From assembly GCF_004010195.1 (NCBI RefSeq), contig NC_057719.1, positions 67,149,065-67,213,064 on the forward strand: DNA of 64,000 bases, read 5' to 3'. The DNA is from Chiloscyllium plagiosum. Its lineage: Eukaryota. Shown piece after piece: positions 12,461 through 27,289 of the stretch. A program made the position numbers and the translations under genes. Each line of letters opens with the position of its first letter. Position 1 is the first letter of the stretch. The notes beneath the pieces were generated by a model. The model was not told the DNA's origin, searched no databases, and was given only the letters and a program-made list of their open reading frames with translations.

Positions 12461-15400
12461 CCTTCTCATCAAAAAAAAAGTCCTGAATGTAGGAGATAAC
12501 AGCATCACTTCAGCCATAGTGAGTTTCAATGTTTTTGTTTGCTTAAAACTGACTAGGGAGACACGTGATCTGTTACTCCATTTTGTGAATGTTACTGCAA
12601 TGGTCATATGGTGTGACATTTCAGAGAGATGATGAGCTAGCTTGTGTTCAGCCAATTGCTGGAAACAGCAGTCAAGTGGCCTATTCTGTGTTCAATAGCT
12701 GCCATTTTAAGTTCAGCAAGAGCCAATTTTAAAATTTAAATATGATACACGTCCAAAAAAAATTGGAATCTCTCGATGAAGATTAAAATTTAAGAAATTA
12801 TTGAATAAAAAAACAAATTTCAAGATAAACGGCTGCTCCATTTATTTGTTGAAGTTCTAAATATTTTATTGCAACATATTTCTTTTCAGAGTACTTCTGT
12901 TGTTGAGAACTCCATATACTAACCACAACTCTTGAACCATGATCGTTTATAAAAGAATCACTTTGCACTAAAAAGTCTGACAATCAGACAAAGCTTAGCT
13001 AAACCAGAATACATAAAACAGAAGCTTCTTTCAATAACTCTACAAATTTGAAGCTTGACAAAGACAAGCATCATTACATCTAAACATCCATTTCTGTCTG
13101 GCGATTTACCCAAGTCACATGCTTTATGGATGTTACAATTAGCTCATTCAGATCATATGAACTTTGACAGTGACAAATATACACCCATTAGCAACTGGAC
13201 ACGAAGACTGACCAAGATCAAAGGAATCTTTTGATGGTTGGAACAGTAGCCACTGTATGAATTTTACTTTAAACTGACATGCAAAATTTACACATTATAG
13301 ACAGTTTCAAAATCTTATTGTCATGCACTGAAGAACCCATATCTTTGAAGAACTCGTGTCATTGAAAAGCCTTGGGGTGAATCATAACTGTTGACATAGG
13401 TAGACCTCACGGGAACAAGTACCAGCACAGGGATATTCTCCAAAGAAAAAACTGTAATCAGCAAGAAAATCTTTGCAAAATACTAACAAAAGAAAACTAA
13501 AACAGAAAGAGAAGAGCTAGATTGTAAGACTAACAGGAAAGCATTTTTAAAAATTCTGAAGCCAATAACGAAAGCATTCAAGCATTTGTCATTACATCAG
13601 GAAATTACTTGACTAATGCACAGTGTTAAGGAATTTTACCCATCATGTGCTGGCCAGTATCTATCCTCCAACCAACAGATTATCTGATTATACTGCAGCC
13701 AATTCTCAGTAATCCTGACTCTCTCTGCTTCCTTGCAACCATAACAATGAACATTTTAAATTGCAGGCAACTTAGACTGAGAGTCAAGATAGATGTACTT
13801 GGTTACTTAAGACATGGTGTTGTATTTTGCAGTCAGAGGTGAACAAACACAAGCTCGCTGCACTTGTACATTTATTGACTTTCCATAGGCTTCATCATTA
13901 CAAGCTAATGTCAGACAACCATGGAAAAAGTATTTAATCCTGTGTGAACACTGCAAGCAATTGCACAGCTATTTCTTCTTCTCATTTGCCATACGTGATC
14001 TGTTCCATGCAACGATGTGTGCATGGAACAGATAAGGTGTGCTTCCATTTTTCCATAGTTAGTTTATAATGGAACAGGCTGCTCATCTGTCACCAGAGGT
14101 GCCACTCAGCATCAAGCATGGCTGACCAGGAGGCACTCTTAGTTTTACCTTCTGCTGCAGGTATATTGGAAGGATTTATAAGTTGATAATCAACTCCGTG
14201 ACCATGTTTGAATTTACCTTCCATGACCAACAAATCTTAAGTTGAGACTCAAAACAAGAACTTTTAGTTCAGAGCAGGGATGATAATCATTGCACCTCAC
14301 GACTTACAGCACAGCTGTATAACCAATCAAAGTGAAGAATCAAGTCTGAACTAGGAACTGTGTTGGAATAAAAAGATTTATTATAACATCATGTAAAAAA
14401 GCAAGAGACAGGAACTGAATGATTTGATTGACAGAGATATTTAAAGTTATTTCTTAAAATTTCCAACAATATCTCCTAAAAGAAATAAACAGATCAATTA
14501 ATGTTAGTATTTAGTTTTGAACCATATCCGAAGGAACATTGTTTTGTTCCTTGAAGTGTTTAAAAGGCCAAAGATTGCCAACAATTTTGTGGTAGACAAA
14601 TGTTAATGATACCGATCCTCAGTTCATTAGTTGAAAGCCATAAATCATTGTGTGTCAGCTTTGTAAGTATTTGCATTCAGACAGCAACTAGTTTTTGTTT
14701 AAATTACATTTTGACTTCACACCTTTTCCCACCCTTTACTGATGGGGAACCTCATGTATCATTTGCTCCTTCTAGTCTTAAAGATTAGAGACTTGGATCA
14801 ATTAAATACCTGATTTAGACATTGTATTGAATTTGTTTAGAAAAAGATCACTGAGGTAGATATCAGCAGGGATATCACCAGGGGCTTTTCGAGCAAAACC
14901 AAGAACCAAATGTGAACCCTGAGCACCCACATGTCAGGAGCCAAACTGGTTGAGCTGTTCATCTACAGATGCCCTCCTAACTAGCAGCATCCATACAAGG
15001 AAAGGAGGCAGGTCAGCAGCACAGAGGCAAGGGCAGCTTCACCAGTAAAGGAACCACTATCGAGGCAGCTCTATATTCAAAATAATGAGTGGTTGCACAG
15101 ATGGGTTTGAACAGGCATTGGAAGTAAAAGTTCAGTGGAGCCTATATTGAGCTGGCCCACCTGTTGCCCCCTCCAACCCCACCCCAAAACACACATCACC
15201 TAGGAAACTTACCTGGCAGCATGAATGAATGGCGCGGGGTGTGGGGGAATGGGGTGGGCTTCTCCTGGTGCAGTCTGGTTACCCAGATGCCAGGAAACTC
15301 CTGTTCATCATTTTAAAGCGCTCATTGCTCACCTGAAGGTCCTTTGTGAAATGTCTCTCTACATGCACATTTGGTTTAAAGACCATTTTCTTGTCTACAG

Positions 15401-16394
15401 TCTCTGCCAGGAAATTATTTTAGGCTACATCAAAAAGTGTCCAGCTGCATCCCAGATGTACAGTATTGCAATGCACTAAATCATGCAGTGTCAGGATATG
15501 GGATTCTCCCTTTGCAGTTATCCACATTTTTAAAACTAAGTCAGATTGAAAAGGGAGACGGTACTGATTGAGGCCAAGGATTTTAACCAGAGGAGATGGG
15601 GTAGAGAAAGAAGAGAAAATAGTAGCGAGTACTCAAACAAAACAGCCATTTACCTTCCAAAAACCAAACGGTGTTTGCAAAGACAAGCAAGTCAATGAAG
15701 GAAGACCAAAGCCCATCAAGGCAGTCAGGAGAAGTGGAACAATTTTCAATTAAGAATTAATCAACATTTAATCAATCACCCTTCTGAAAGATGACTACCA
15801 TGGATTTAAAGAAGACATGCTGTTGAAGCTGTTCATCTTGCATTCATCGGGCGAGACCAAAGAATTCCATATTTCAAAGGAAACAACAATTTATATTGCA
15901 TGAGATTTCACTTCTATCATCATGTATATTCAGGACCTGGAATATCAATTTTACAGATTTCTTGATAATATTTTATTGACTATAATGAAGAACACAATAT
16001 TCACTCTAAGAGCTACCATCCTTCATCAAGTGCAGTCTATCTCAACATCACAAGAGCCACATATTCTATCCCACTCTTAAAATGGTGCTATTTAATAGGG
16101 AGTGGGGGGATATAATCAGGGATGTGATCATTTTTTGAACAATCTGAGGCACTCAGCTTTTTGCACAAAATGACAGTTTATGCCAGAGTTAATAGCTATT
16201 CCAATCATAGGCAAGTTGAGTTTTATTTCTTTTGGTTCTCTTTCCAGTTCCTTAAAAACTCCAACATCTGCGTCATTGATCAAGTTTCCTCTTTTCAGTA
16301 TTGATATATATTACTTTACATGTTCCTCCATTTTAAATGTGATGCATTACGTATCTGTTTAGGTTTTATGCACATTCCCTTTCCAAACTACAGG

Positions 16395-18050
16395 ATCATA
16401 GAGAAATTACAGCACAGAAACATCATTCATCACATCAGGTGTGTGCTGACTGAACAAATCAGCTATCTATTCCAATCCAATTTACCAACAATTGGTCTAC
16501 AGGCTTGCAGGTTTCACACTTCCAATGCCGATCTAGATTCCTTTTAAATGAGTTGATGGTTTCCATCACAACTGCTAAACTGGGCACTGAAATAGCACAT
16601 AACACTCTCTTTAAGGAAAAGACTTTACTCAAGTCCCTTCCACTTCTTCTACCAATCATCCTAAATCTGTGATCCTTGATGATTGACCTCTCTAATGGGG
16701 TCACAGATCTTCACTGCCCACTCTGCTTCTAATTATTCAATTAAGCTACCCCTCAGCCTCCCTGGTTCAAAGGAAAACAATGCGACTTTATCCAAATCTT
16801 CATAATACCTGCAATTTTCCAACCTAGCAACATTCTTGTAATGTTCCTCTGTACTGCGGGTTAGAGCAGGTGGTTGGATGGATGGTTTACAATGAACAGT
16901 GATGCAAACAGTGTGGGTTCAATTCCCACACCAGCTGAGGTCATCACGGATTTCCCACTTTCTCAACCTCGCCCTCACCTGAGGTGGGGTGACTCTCACG
17001 TTAAACTCAGCACTAGTCATATCTCTGTAATGAGAGAGCAGCTCCGAGCTCTTCTGGGACTATGACGGCTTTAACCGTCATATTGGTCCAGCATTAGATC
17101 CCTCCTCTTGCATTCAATACCTTGCCTAATGAAGGAAAAACACCCCATGCCTTCATTACCACCTGATTTACATGTCCTGTCACATTCAGGAACCTGTAGA
17201 CATGCACTCCAAGATCTCTCACCTCCTCTACTCTTCTCAATATCCCTCCCATTTATTCTGTATTTTCTTACTTTGTTTACCCCCTTTCACTTGTCTGGTC
17301 TGTATTTCATTTGCCACTTTTCCAAACACATAGTCAGTCAAACAATGATATCTTCCTGAATTCAACAGCCATCCTCATTGGTTTTAAGTACTCGGTTAAT
17401 TTTTGTGTTGTCTGTAAATTTTCTAAACACACTTTTCATGTACAAGTTCAGATGATTAATTTATATCACAGACAGCAAGGAAGCCAGATCTGAGTCTTGT
17501 GAAATACATAAAAACATCTGTTGACCCGTACCTTTTGTTTCCTGTCAGTGAGTTAATCTGGATGCAACTTGCCACATACCCCATATCACATGAGCTTTAA
17601 CTTTTCTTAACAGTTGGCTTTGTGGGAACTTATCAAAATGCCTTACCAAAATCCAGGCAAACAATATCCACTGTACTACTCTCATTAATCCTCCTCATTA
17701 CTTGCTTAAATAAAATGCAGCAAGTAAGTAAGCCACAACCTGTCCTCATCAAAACTGCGTTGACAATCTCTGATTAAACCACACATTTCCAAGTAAAAGT
17801 ATATCCTACCTCTCAATACTGATGCTGGTGATTTACCCACATCTTAGGTCAGACTGACAGGTCTACAATTATTTGGCCTATATCTTGCACCCTTTTTGAA
17901 TAATAGTGTGAATTTGCAGATCGCAAGTACTTTGTCTGATCTAATGAACATTGGAACATCGTCACATCAACCACTATTTCATTTTTGGCTTCCTTTAACA
18001 GCCAGGAGTACAATTAATCTGGTAATGGTGACTTATCTACCTTCAAGGAT
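16395..18050 (-). mobile_element. Very old CR1 LINE fragment interrupted by a SINE
   Basis: Decayed CR1 C-terminus (DHRFRMIGRR..NSFKRNLDRH) plus nucleotide similarity to the other CR1 copies. Confidence 0.65.
16857..17075 (+). mobile_element. tRNA-derived SINE (same family as 50725-50938)
   Basis: B-box-like gggttcaattccc. Body ttctcaacctcgccctcacctgagg..ctctgtaatgagagagcagc is shared in reverse with 50725-50938. Confidence 0.7.
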
Positions 18051-20489
18051 TTGCAATATCTGTGCTCGCTATCCAATTAAGGTCAACAGGTAAGCCAGCA
18101 GCACAGACATCAAGGCAGCCTTACCACTCTCCTTCACATAGGAATAACCATTCCACTGTTACCAGATAATCTCTCAGTTTTGTAGTTATACTCCTCCAAT
18201 TTCACTCCTGCTCTGTGTCCCTTTCCATCGAGACATTAAATCTAACTGCATTATGATCACTATCTCCACAATGGTCACCTACTGCCATTCCATTCACGTG
18301 TCCAGTTCACGTCTACAAATGTGATCCTGTACAGGGTGTACTTTTAAAGAACTGACATATGAATGATTTCTGTACTGATGAACTGCTACTTTATATTGTC
18401 CTGTGTTGTGCTCTGACTTGCAAATGGACCTCATTCACAAACTGGTGACTGCCTGTAGTTAAATATACCAACTACTATTGCCCTCTTATTTTTGCACTCA
18501 AAATTGCCTACATATTTTCCTCTCTAACTCATTTCCTATTATTTGAGGATCAAGTGTATAAATATGACAATGTGTCTGTCCCTTTTTCTGTTTCCGAGCT
18601 ATGATGTTACGGACTCATTTGATGTTTCATTTCACAGATTATCTCTCCTCAAGATGTGGTTCATTCTTTAACCAATAATGCTACACTTCTACTTTTTCAA
18701 GTCCTTTGCTCCCCTGCATGAAAACTGTATATCCAGGTATGTTGAACTGCTATCCTTACCTCTCTTTAAGCTGTTTCCATTACAGCAATAACATCATGCT
18801 GCCATGAGTCTATCCTTACTCCTTCCGTTTGCATACTTAAGTTAATACTGACAATTTTCTGTGTTGTATATCTTTTAATTTCTGCTTCTTCTGCCTTTCA
18901 GTCACTTATTAAGTTCCTGCCTCTCGTTTTGTTACCCTGACTGCCTATCTCGACTTGACCTGTCTTTCAGGCTCACTCTCATCATCTCACAACACTTTGA
19001 TCACTCACTCACCTACTCTCCAGACCCCCAACACTCACTGACTCAGCATCAGGCCCAGCACTAGTCATTCACCTGCTCACACTCCAGTGCCGAAGGCATA
19101 TCTGACAGATTTTCTCTTCCTTTCCCTTACCCTGCAACCCCCTCCCCACCAATACTCTAATAAAGGGCCAACCAGATACTACACTTAATCAACAGCCCAC
19201 CTGATACTCTTGGCCTCACCCGAAGCGTAGTTAAATTGTTCATGTTGTTCTGCACTTTGCTCCTCCAGTCACACATTGTTTCTCTCCTGCATTTGTAAAT
19301 CGTCTCAAAAGCAAATGCAGGAGAGAACCAGCCACTGATTAGAGAAACAGTGCCTTGTAGAATCTTCCAGCTTTATTTACCAGTATTTGAACATCAGACA
19401 GACACCTTGGAAGGTTGCTTTGTGGGCCACGGGCTACCTTTCGGACAAACCCGGGTTGAACTGTACCAAATTTGAGCAAAGATTAATGTATATACATATA
19501 CATACTTTGCAGAAATCAAGTTGGTGATGGTAGCAAACATGATCAGCTGAAGATAACCGTCTGTACACTATTTTTCTAGTCAATTTTGATAAGATGCCTG
19601 TATTAATACAGTTATGTGTAATTTTTCCACAAAAAGGTTTCCACTTCAATGAAGTTTTACCATCTCTCGTAGATATGAATGGCTTGTCATCAATTTCTTT
19701 TAAAACCAACTTGTTCTTCCTGACATTGAAGACACATGGATAAGTTGCCAGCCTGCAAGTTACCGTTTGCCTTTCAGACAGAGAATTAAATACAATATGC
19801 AAAATGGTGTCAGCATCTGGGTGAACACAAAGTATTTAACATCTTTTGGCATTCTGCATTCTGTTATCAATTTTGTGGAAGGAATTGGGTGACGTATGAT
19901 TTCTATTTAGGTGCAGTCGTGATGCATGTTTAACTTTGGTCATAAAGTTAAATTTGATATAGGCAACGCTGGCAGCATTGGTCTGGCAATAAAACTCAAA
20001 ACAATTTGACGAGAGTGTCTTAGAGCAACTTTGCTGACTATCCAGGGTATTGTAACATGCGACTTCACATGATTGAAGATCTCAATGGGAAAAGAAGGCT
20101 TTTTGTGCTGGCCTCTCTTAAAATAAATGTATTTAAGGTCCAAGATAAAGCAATGATTAAGAAACCTTAAATATTATCATTAAACATCAGTACTGATCAT
20201 CGGTGATCCACACACTCTAAATGTACACCATCTTAGTTGCTTTTCCTCCAGTTTGTTACCAGTAAGCTTTCATACAGTTCTCACACTTCAAGTCCCACAG
20301 ATGCCCAAGACACACTTTTCGCTTATCCAGAAAACATTTTTGAACTAGTTTTGTTACTGGCCATCTCTTGATCCGGAGAGCTCAGTATCTGATGGTGTGT
20401 ACCTAAACTTCAGCACCAGCACTCTTGTGTGGCTTCATGAACAGAATCCTTGGAGTAGGATATAAAAACAAGAAGCCTGTAGTAGCAAC

Positions 20490-21320
20490 TGGTTAAGCTG
20501 CTTTTGGAGCATTGTGTTCAATTCTAGTACTGCACTTTAAGAAGTTTGTTAAGCATTCAGCAAAGGGTATTTGATAGAAGGGCACCAGGGATGAGGGAGG
20601 TCAATTATGTGGAGAAACAGGAGAAGCAGGGTTCCCCTTACAGTCAATATAATTCAATGTATAATGATGAATGGTTTTAATAGAGTAAATAAAAAGAATC
20701 TCTTGCAGTGACAGTCAGTCAGTATTCAAAGGACACATGTTGAAGGTGAAGGCAAAAGAACCAGAAGTGAGATGAAGAAAATGAAAAAAACAATACACCA
20801 AAACATTATGGTTTAGAAGGTTCAGTGAGGAAAGTGGTGGAAACAGTTTCTATAGTAACTTTCAGATCTGGGTAAATACATTAAAGGATAAAGAAATACA
20901 GGGAACAAAATTATTATGTGACAATGGAAGTACAGGGGAGTGGAACTAATTGGGTGGTGGTCTGATATGTTTCATTCAGAGTTGCTGTGGCAACATGTAT
21001 TTTCAGACATGTCTCAGTCTGGAGCTATAAATAGTGATGGTCATGGCTCCTAATTTCTTTCCAGAACATTGCTGACCATCTCTCTTGCTCTTAGCACCTT
21101 CCATTTCTGATTGTTGAAAGGACGTACAGATTAATTCTTTTTGGCCATATTACGAATAAACCTCCTTTGGCTACTGAAGCACATTCTGGCTCAGACACAG
21201 GTGTGCTTTGGACTGCGCCATAACATCTTTGACGAATTGGTTAGCTCCAACCAAAAGTCTGCACTAACGTAATAGGTTGAACAGCATTCTCCTGGATGGA
21301 TCATTCTATGATTCTGTGAT
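20490..21320 (+). mobile_element. Very old CR1 3' fragment
   Basis: Decayed ggagcattgtgttcaattct..gcactttaagaag..ggacacatgttgaaggtg and a tail ending ttctatgattctgtgat. Confidence 0.55.
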
Positions 21321-22729
21321 CTTAAAATCTATCTGTACAAGTTCCACTATAGTCCCTCTATCACTTAACAACTTCCTCAAAGATCTCAAGGTTTAAACTT
21401 ACATTAAAGTATGCAAATTATGCTTCAGGACAGGGGAGCGGTTCTTGAAACACATGGGTTGGAGAGGGAAAAGAAAGATAAACTAAGTCATTATATAGAA
21501 CAAATCATCTCTCAGTTGTGGCAAACCCTTTCCAATTTGCAATTCATGATCAATTTAGCAAGTCTTTAGAAATACTGTATTTGGGGTAATCAAGGACAAC
21601 TACTGCAGTCTTGTTAAAAGCAGATTATTTTTGACCAAATTTGATAGAAACGTTTACTAAAAAATATCGGTATTTACACATGGATTTTAAGCAAGTCAAT
21701 AAAATATATTGCAAGAGGTTTTTTTTAAAGATAACTTTAGGCATTTGGTTTGGTCACACAGATGGATGTGCTGTTGTATAGCACCTATCATCGCTTCAAC
21801 TTCCCCTAAAGTACTCCTCAAACAATGAAGTTAGGTTTTATCAAAAAGATAATACAGAACAAGAGTAAGGGGACTAAACGCATTCAAAAAATTAATTAGG
21901 ATAGGTGTGAATAATGAAATAATAACATGGGTGCTCTGTTATAAAAAAGGACATCAAAGCCAAAGACCACATACTCAAAAGGTGTGCAACATCATAGTTA
22001 CAAGGAAAGATTGAGCAACTGGGACTACTACTTCATTTTCCTACACTAAACATCATTAGCCATTCTTTTGTTCAATCACATATTCGATGTCCCTCTGCAA
22101 CTTTCCACTCCTATCCACACACTTTCTAAATGTTCATGTATTTCATACTATTTTTGATTCCAATCCACCTCAAAGTTTGGAAATGTTCTGGAATTAGACA
22201 GTCAGCTTCACATCACACTGGGGCATTAATATTATTATTTTCTTGTGCTACACACTTGTATTTTATAGTTAAATAGTAAGTATATAACACAACTCTGAAG
22301 ACAAATGTTCAGACTTGTTCAAAGTGACTATGTCATTGCCCATAAGTGATAATAAGGAAAGAAACTTATTAAAGTACAAGAATGATGGACTACCAATTAA
22401 CTTTCACCCAGAAAAATGGCTAGTTGCAGTGCTAAATTTCTACAGTTAAAAAAATTTCTGAATATTGTGCATAAGTTTGCATTTCAGTTAGGAACAAAAA
22501 GTAGCTTTTGAAAAGTTTTTATTCCCCAATTCCTTATCAATGGTCTTGGGCCATATTTCTTCTTTCACACTAACTTTATGGACTGTAAATAATTCCACCA
22601 ATTCTGTTTTGTTTCAGATTGTGGTAGCAAATCTTCTCTGAACTGCAACCAATGAAATTAATATCTTTTCGGCAATATTGCTGTGCGTTGTGGTGTTACA
22701 GAGCATTGCACTGGTACCCATATACTGGA

Positions 22730-23035
22730 GGCGATGGCCTAATGATATTGTCGTTGAAGTGTTAAGCTAGAGACCCAGCTAATGTTCTAGCGACCCAGTT
22801 TAGAATCCCACCATGAAAGATGGAGTAATTTGAATTCAATAAAAATCTGGAGTTAAGAGTTTAATGATGACCACAAATCTGTTGTCAATTGTTGGGAAAA
22901 GCCCATCTGGTTCCCTAATGTCCTTTAGAAAAGGAAACTGCCTGGTCTGGCCTACACTGTGGTTGATTCTTAACTATCCTCTGGGATGGGCAATGAATGC
23001 TGGCCTAGCCAGCAATGCCCTCATCCTGAATAAGT
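22730..23035 (+). mobile_element. tRNA-derived SINE with family-B LINE tail
   Basis: Head gatggcctaatg..gtttagaatccca. Tail gggatgggcaatgaatgctggcctagccagcaatgccctcatcc. Confidence 0.65.
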
Positions 23036-23097
23036 ATCTGTTGCCACACCCCACACACACAGTCTCTCTCTCTCACACGCACATTCTCTCTCATATT

Positions 23098-23586
23098 CAG
23101 TTAGGGAGGGTTCAGAGAAGATTTACAAGGACATTGTCAGGACTAGAGGGTTTGAGTTATAAGGAGAGACTGGATAGGCTGGGACTTTGTTCATCGGAGC
23201 GTAGGAGACTGAAGAGTGAACTTATTGAAGTTTATAAAATCATGAGGGGCATAGGTAAGGCGAATAGCAAAGGTCTCTTCCCTAGGGGTACAGAAGTTCA
23301 AAATTAGAGGGAATATTTTTAAGATGAGAGGACAAAGATTAAAAAGGGACTGAAGGGGCACAGAGCATGGCACATACATGGAACGAACTGCCAGAGCACA
23401 TGGTAGATGCAGGTATAATTACAATGTTTAAAAGACATTTGGATAGGTACATGAATAGGAAAGGTCCAGAGGGATATGGGCCAATCTCAAGCAAATGGGA
23501 CTAGTTTAGTTAGGTAAACTTGGTCAGCATGGACGAATTGGACCAAAGGGTCTGTTTCCATGCTGCATGAATCTATGACTCTATGA
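23098..23586 (+). mobile_element. CR1 LINE 3' end
   Basis: RVQRRFTRTLSGLEGLSYKERLDRLGL..LIEVYKIMRG followed by a tail ending ctatgactctatga. Confidence 0.9.
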
Positions 23587-24085
23587 ACACGCAAATTACT
23601 TCGCTCCTTTTGTTCCTTCTGGTTAACAAAGACGTACCATTTTATTAGCTCAACTGTTCCTCCCTTCTATGTGAGAAGCTTCCACTAATATTGAAGTCCA
23701 CTATTTCAGGAAAACATTAGAAATGATGAGGTGACATCATTTTCTGAATTAAAGCTCTCTTTATATTAATACCACAACAGCAAGAAAAGACACAGATAAA
23801 GACTCTTATTTTATAAATTTATTTCTTGCACAGTTATTTGCCCGCTGATTTATAATTTTGGCCCAATAATTGGTTGGATAAAGGAAATGAATTATTCTAT
23901 TGGATTCACAATGACTAGTCCCACTGGTCGAAGAGCTTGAGTTGCTTATAGTTGTTCCAGTACTCTAACACCTGCTTGATACCGGAAGGGTGTCCCTTTC
24001 TTGTAGTGGAGACCAGAACTCGGAAACATCACTTAAGATTAGGAGGTCTTCCTTCTAAGGCAGAGATGAAGAAATATTTTTCCTT

Positions 24086-25202
24086 TGTGACGTATGGAGT
24101 CCACGATGATTTGACCGTGTGGATTCAGAATTGGCTTGCCCATAGAAGGCAAAGGTAATGGTGAAAGTGTGTTTTTCAGGCTGGAGGTCCGCGACTAGTG
24201 GTGTTCCGCACGAATCCATACTGGGACCTCTGCTATTTGTGATCTATATAAATGGCTTGAATGAAAATGCAGACGGTTGTGTTAGTAATTTAGCAGTCGA
24301 CACAAAGTTAGGTGGAGTTTTGGATAGTGTAAAAGGTTTTCAACGGATACAGCAGGATATAGATCAGTTTCAGATATGGGGGGAGAAATAGCAGATGGAG
24401 TTTAATTCGAGTAAGTGTGAGGTGCTGACCTTTGGGAGATGAAATGTTAAGTATACAGTTGATGGCAGGGACCTGAACAGCACTGGGGAACAGAGGGATG
24501 TTGGGGTTCAAGTACATAGCTCCCTTAAGGTGGCAATGCAAGTAGATAGGGCGATAAAGAAGACATATCGCATGCTTCCCTTTATTGGCAGGTGAATTGA
24601 GTACAAGAGTCAGGATGTCATGTTGCAGCTTTATAAAACTTTTGTTAGGTCACACTTGCAGTATTGCATTCAATTTTGATTGCCGCATTACAGGAAGGAT
24701 GTGGAGGTTTTGGACAAGGTACAAAAGACCTTGATCACGATGCTGTCTGCTTTAGAGACTATGAGCTGTATGGAGAGACTAGAAAAACTCAGATTGTTTT
24801 CTCTGAAGCAGCAGAGGCTGAGGGGAGACTTGATAGAAGTCTATAAAGTTACGAGATGCATAGGTAGGATTGACGGTCAGAATCTTTTACCCAGAGTCCA
24901 AATGTCTAAAACTAGGGGCTATGCATTTAAGATGAGAGGGGTAAGTTCAAAGGAGATGTGAGAGGCAGATTTTTTTTAAACAGAGTGGTAGGAGTCTGGA
25001 ACACATTGCCAGGGATGGTCGCAGAAGCAGATAAGTTAGGGGCATTTAAGAGACTTTTAGATAAGCACATAAATATGCAAGGAATGGAGAGATATGGACC
25101 AAGGGCAGGCAGGAGGGATTAGTTAATTCAGTGCCATGTTCGGCACAACATCGTGGGCTGAAGGAGCTGTTCCTGTCCTGCATCGTTCAATGTTCTATGT
25201 TT
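24086..25202 (+). mobile_element. CR1 LINE 3' fragment nested in an older CR1 (23960-24085 / 25205-25410)
   Basis: WIQNWLAHRRQR, SGVPHESILGPLLFVIYIN, PHYRKDVEVLDKVQ..LRGDLIEVYK, and tail tgttctatgtt. Confidence 0.88.
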
Positions 25203-25861
25203 GAGAGTCATTAGGTCTTTTCTTCCTCAGGAAGCAGCAGAGACTCAGTCATTGAATTTGTTCAAGTCTGAGATATTTGATTGATAAAGAGGTCAAGGGT
25301 CATAGGAGAAATTCAGGATGTTGAGACCACAACCAAACCGCGTTTGTGATCTTCCGAATAGCGAACAAGCTTGAAAGTCTGAATGACTGCTGATAAGTCT
25401 TATGTTCTTATTTGTTTACCATTATAAAGCAGGGTACCCTGACACTGGTCAACACCACATTGATAGAAACACCCTGTGCTGATGCTATTGTCAAAGTATA
25501 TGCTGATTTACAATAATCAGGTTGCTGATTGTCCAACACTTCCATTGTTAATGACAGAATTTTCAGCTGCCATGTCAGAAGATCCAGGGATACTTCTGGA
25601 TCACTGCACTGATCTTCCCCATGCTTTAAAAACATTCTTAATGCAAAATGATTTTAATCATCATACCATAATCTTGCTTCTTCTGTTTTCCTTCTATCCT
25701 TATCATTGCAATGGTAAAGAACTTTATAGAAATATATTTTATGTGGGAAAATCAATCTCTGTCTTTTGCACGTTTATTTGCCCCGTAAGTCCTTGCTTTT
25801 GTGTGTATTTATCACTTTCAGAAATGGTAGCCTGGGACGTGGCTGGTTACATTTGATTGAC

Positions 25862-27289
25862 TTTACTGTGGAAAAGGACATGGAAGATATAGACTGTAGG
25901 GAATAGATGGTGACATCTTGCAAAATGTCCAGATTACAGAGGAGGAAGTGCTGGATGTCTTGAAACGGTTAAAGGTGGATAAATCCCCAGGACCTGATCA
26001 GGTGTACCCGAGAACTCTGTGGGAAGCTAGAGAAGTGATTGCTGGGCCTCTTGCTGAGATATTTGTATCATCGATATTCACAGGTAAAGTGCCAGAAGAC
26101 TGGAAGTTGGCAAACATGGAGTGCCACTGTTTAAGAAGGGCGGTAAAGAGAAGCCAGGGAACTATTGACCAGTGAGCTTGACCTCGGTGGTGGGCAAGTT
26201 GTTGGAGTTTATCCTGAGGGACAGGATGTACATGTATTTGGAAAGGCAAGGACTGTTTCGGGATAGTCAACATGGCTTTGTGCGTGGGAAATCATGTCTC
26301 ACAAACTTGATTGAATTTTTTGAAGAAGTAACAAAGAAGATTGATGAGGACAGAGCAGTAAATGTGATCTATATGGACTTCAGTAAGACGTTCGACAAGG
26401 TTCCCCATGGGAGACTGATTAGCAAGGTTAGATCTCATGGAATACAGGGAGAACTAGCCATTTGGATACAGAACTGGCNNNNNNNNNNNNNNNNNNNNNN
26501 NNNNNNNNNNNNNNNNNNNNNNNNNNNNNNNNNNNNNNNNNNNNNNNNNNNNNNNNNNNNNNNNNNNNNNNNNNNNNNNNNNNNNNNNNNNNNNNNNNNN
26601 NNNNNNNNNNNNNNNNNNNNNNNNNNNNNNNNNNNNNNNNNNNNNNNNNNNNNNNNNNNNNNNNNNNNNNNNNNNNNNNNNNNNNNNNNNNNNNNNNNNN
26701 NNNNNNNNNNNNNNNNNNNNNNNNNNNNNNNNNNNNNNNNNNNNNNNNNNNNNNNNNNNNNNNNNNNNNNNNNNNNNNNNNNNNNNNNNNNNNNNNNNNN
26801 NNNNNNNNNNNNNNNNNNNNNNNNNNNNNNNNNNNNNNNNNNNNNNNNNNNNNNNNNNNNNNNNNNNNNNNNNNNNNNNNNNNNNNNNNNNNNNNNNNNN
26901 NNNNNNNNNNNNNNNNNNNNNNNNNNNNNNNNNNNNNNNNNNNNNNNNNNNNNNGATAGACAAAGTCTTTTCCTTGGGGTCGGGGAGTCCAGAATTAGAG
27001 GGCATAGGTTTAGGGTGAGAGGGGAAAGGTATAAAAAAGACCTAAGGGGCAACATTTTCATGTAGACGGTGGTACGTGTATGGAATGAGCTGCCAGAGAA
27101 TGTGGTGGAGGCTGGTACAATTGCAACATTTAAGAGGTACTTGGATGGGTATTTGAATAGAAAGGGTTTGGAGGGATATGGGCTGGGTGCTGGCAGGTGG
27201 GACTAGATTGGGTTGGGATATCTGGTCAGCGTGGATGGGTTGGACCGAAGGGTCTGTTTCCATGCTGTACATCTCTATGACTCTATGAC
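25862..27289 (+). mobile_element. Young 5'-truncated CR1 LINE spanning a 476-N gap
   Basis: KSPGPDQVYPRTL, SLTSVVGKLLE..SQHGFVRGKSCLTNLIEFF..YMDFSKTFDKVPH, and tail ctctatgactctatgact. Confidence 0.93.

Noticed and set aside
15815..15855. Additional hammerhead-like motif on the minus strand (CCGATGA..GAAC-AGCT-TC)
   Set aside because: Too degenerate, and no second copy in the window to confirm it.
19400..20150. Unique TE-poor stretches (also 28400-29100, 37050-38200) and their short ORFs as possible genes or conserved elements
   Set aside because: No recognisable protein similarity or splice structure, and conservation cannot be judged without alignments.
26435..27065. Long ORFs through poly-X
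   Set aside because: Artefacts of the 476-N assembly gap inside a CR1.
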